Source: Oscillospiraceae bacterium (GTDB taxonomy: Bacteria > Bacillota > Clostridia > Oscillospirales > Ruminococcaceae). Taken from it: a DNA stretch of 64,000 nt. Made by a program: the position numbers and the translations under genes. Position 1 is the stretch's first letter. Each line of letters starts with the position of its first letter. The notes under the pieces are model-generated. The model was not told where the DNA came from. It made no database searches and saw nothing but the letters and a program-made list of their open reading frames with translations. The stretch covers positions 45,035 through 109,034 of the forward strand of contig JAFXGY010000005.1 in NCBI GenBank assembly GCA_017536625.1, read 5' to 3'. Shown piece after piece: positions 63,285-64,000 of this stretch.

Positions 63285-64000
63285 TTGGCAACAAAGCAGG
63301 ACCTTAAAGCAAAAGCCCTTAAAGAACTTGAGGAAGAGCAGAAAAGGCTTCTTGAGCAGGAGCGGAAGAAAAAAGCTGCAGAACAGGCAAAAGCAAACAA
63401 AGAAGCGGACCTTATCGGAGCGAAGGACGCGGCAAAACTTAATAACAAAAAATCTTTAGAGCAGAAAAGCCAAACGACATTAAACCAAAGCCGGGATAAA
63501 ACAAACGGCCGCACGACTGCAAACTATAACGCAGGACTTCAGAAAAAGGCAGAAGAAACCGCAAAGCAGAAAGAAAAAGATCTTCCGGGTTTTGACGGCT
63601 ATGCTTATCAGAGGGCGAAACAGCAGCAGATTGAAAAGGAAAAGACAGAATACCTTAATACCAAAGAGGCAAGGGATAAAAAATCCGCCCTTGAGAAAGA
63701 GCTTGCCGGCCTTCGCAACAGAGCAAAAGAAGAAAGCAAAAAAGCAGGAACGGTTGCTATCGTTGCATCCGGAAGAAAAGGCGGCGCCGGTTCGGTTGTT
63801 TCTGCTGAAACCGAAAGCGAAATCGACAGACTGGAAAAAGAGATTATCGACCTCGATAAAAGCATCAATCTTGCAGACAGAGCGCAGAACAAAAAATACC
63901 TTAAAGATTCTGCATTGAAAGCAGAGGACTTTGAAGATTATTCCTATGACATTGAAGAACCGGAAAAAAGATATTATAAAAGCCCGGTTCAGAAAAGAGA
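63285..64000 (+). CDS. Lys/Glu-rich coiled-coil virion protein, N-terminal part (it runs off the window and is absent from the ORF track)
   Basis: TTG start after AGAGGTGA. I read this frame as open to position 64000. Confidence 0.5.
   Translation, partial: MATKQDLKAKALKELEEEQKRLLEQERKKKAAEQAKANKEADLIGAKDAAKLNNKKSLEQKSQTTLNQSRDKTNGRTTANYNAGLQKKAEETAKQKEKDLPGFDGYAYQRAKQQQIEKEKTEYLNTKEARDKKSALEKELAGLRNRAKEESKKAGTVAIVASGRKGGAGSVVSAETESEIDRLEKEIIDLDKSINLADRAQNKKYLKDSALKAEDFEDYSYDIEEPEKRYYKSPVQKR

Larger units (their letters stand above)
39062..64000. mobile_element. prophage, left end and about 25 kb (right end beyond the window)
   Basis: Serine recombinase, CI/Cro-type switch, terminase, scaffold, capsid, portal and tail fibre, all in phage-like modular order. 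Confidence 0.9.

Overview
The window looks like it comes from a spore-forming Clostridia genome. Spore genes are present (an alpha/beta SASP, ytfI/ytfJ-like genes, a dacB-like gene). Two cohesin/dockerin proteins suggest a Ruminococcus-like Oscillospiraceae host, but that is inference only.

Positions 1-39,061 are mostly core chromosome. They carry a DUF512 protein tail, der, plsY, rpmB, an S2P-family protease, scpA/scpB, ytfI/ytfJ-like genes, a DD-carboxypeptidase, rluB, an ABC exporter, secG, a ParC/GyrA-family subunit, rlmH, an MBL hydrolase, murA, a cohesin-dockerin scaffoldin-like protein, an M23/LysM/G5 peptidase, xpt, a yhbD/yhbE-like pair, an XRE-TPR regulator and an MFS transporter. 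They also carry an ADP-ribosylglycohydrolase operon, an SDR, a flavin-reductase/rubredoxin/rubrerythrin fusion next to a Fur/PerR-like gene, a SASP, a TetR plus giant RND pump, a second dockerin protein, cdd and an ICMT-family methyltransferase.

From 39,062 to the window end is the left part of a prophage; its right end is outside the window.
- Integration and immunity: a large serine recombinase, hicAB, and a CI-like (S24) repressor facing a Cro-like gene.
- Early region: poorly coding and rich in repeats, with a Lar-like protein, zinc-ribbon proteins and an HUH (pC194-like) Rep.
- Packaging and structure: terS, a terL broken by an in-frame TGA, scaffold, capsid, tail proteins, a collagen-like fibre and a portal lying far downstream.

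The most unusual signals are these:
1. A covarying two-hairpin repeat family punctuates the early operon and brackets the Rep module as nested direct repeats.
2. A roughly 500-nt structured non-coding block has a 24-bp long-range helix and seven CCGGAC motifs.
3. The prophage appears to split a host gene directly after the recombinase stop codon.
4. A leader-peptide attenuator sits in front of the ABC exporter.

All product calls come from motif recognition by eye. No database search was run.
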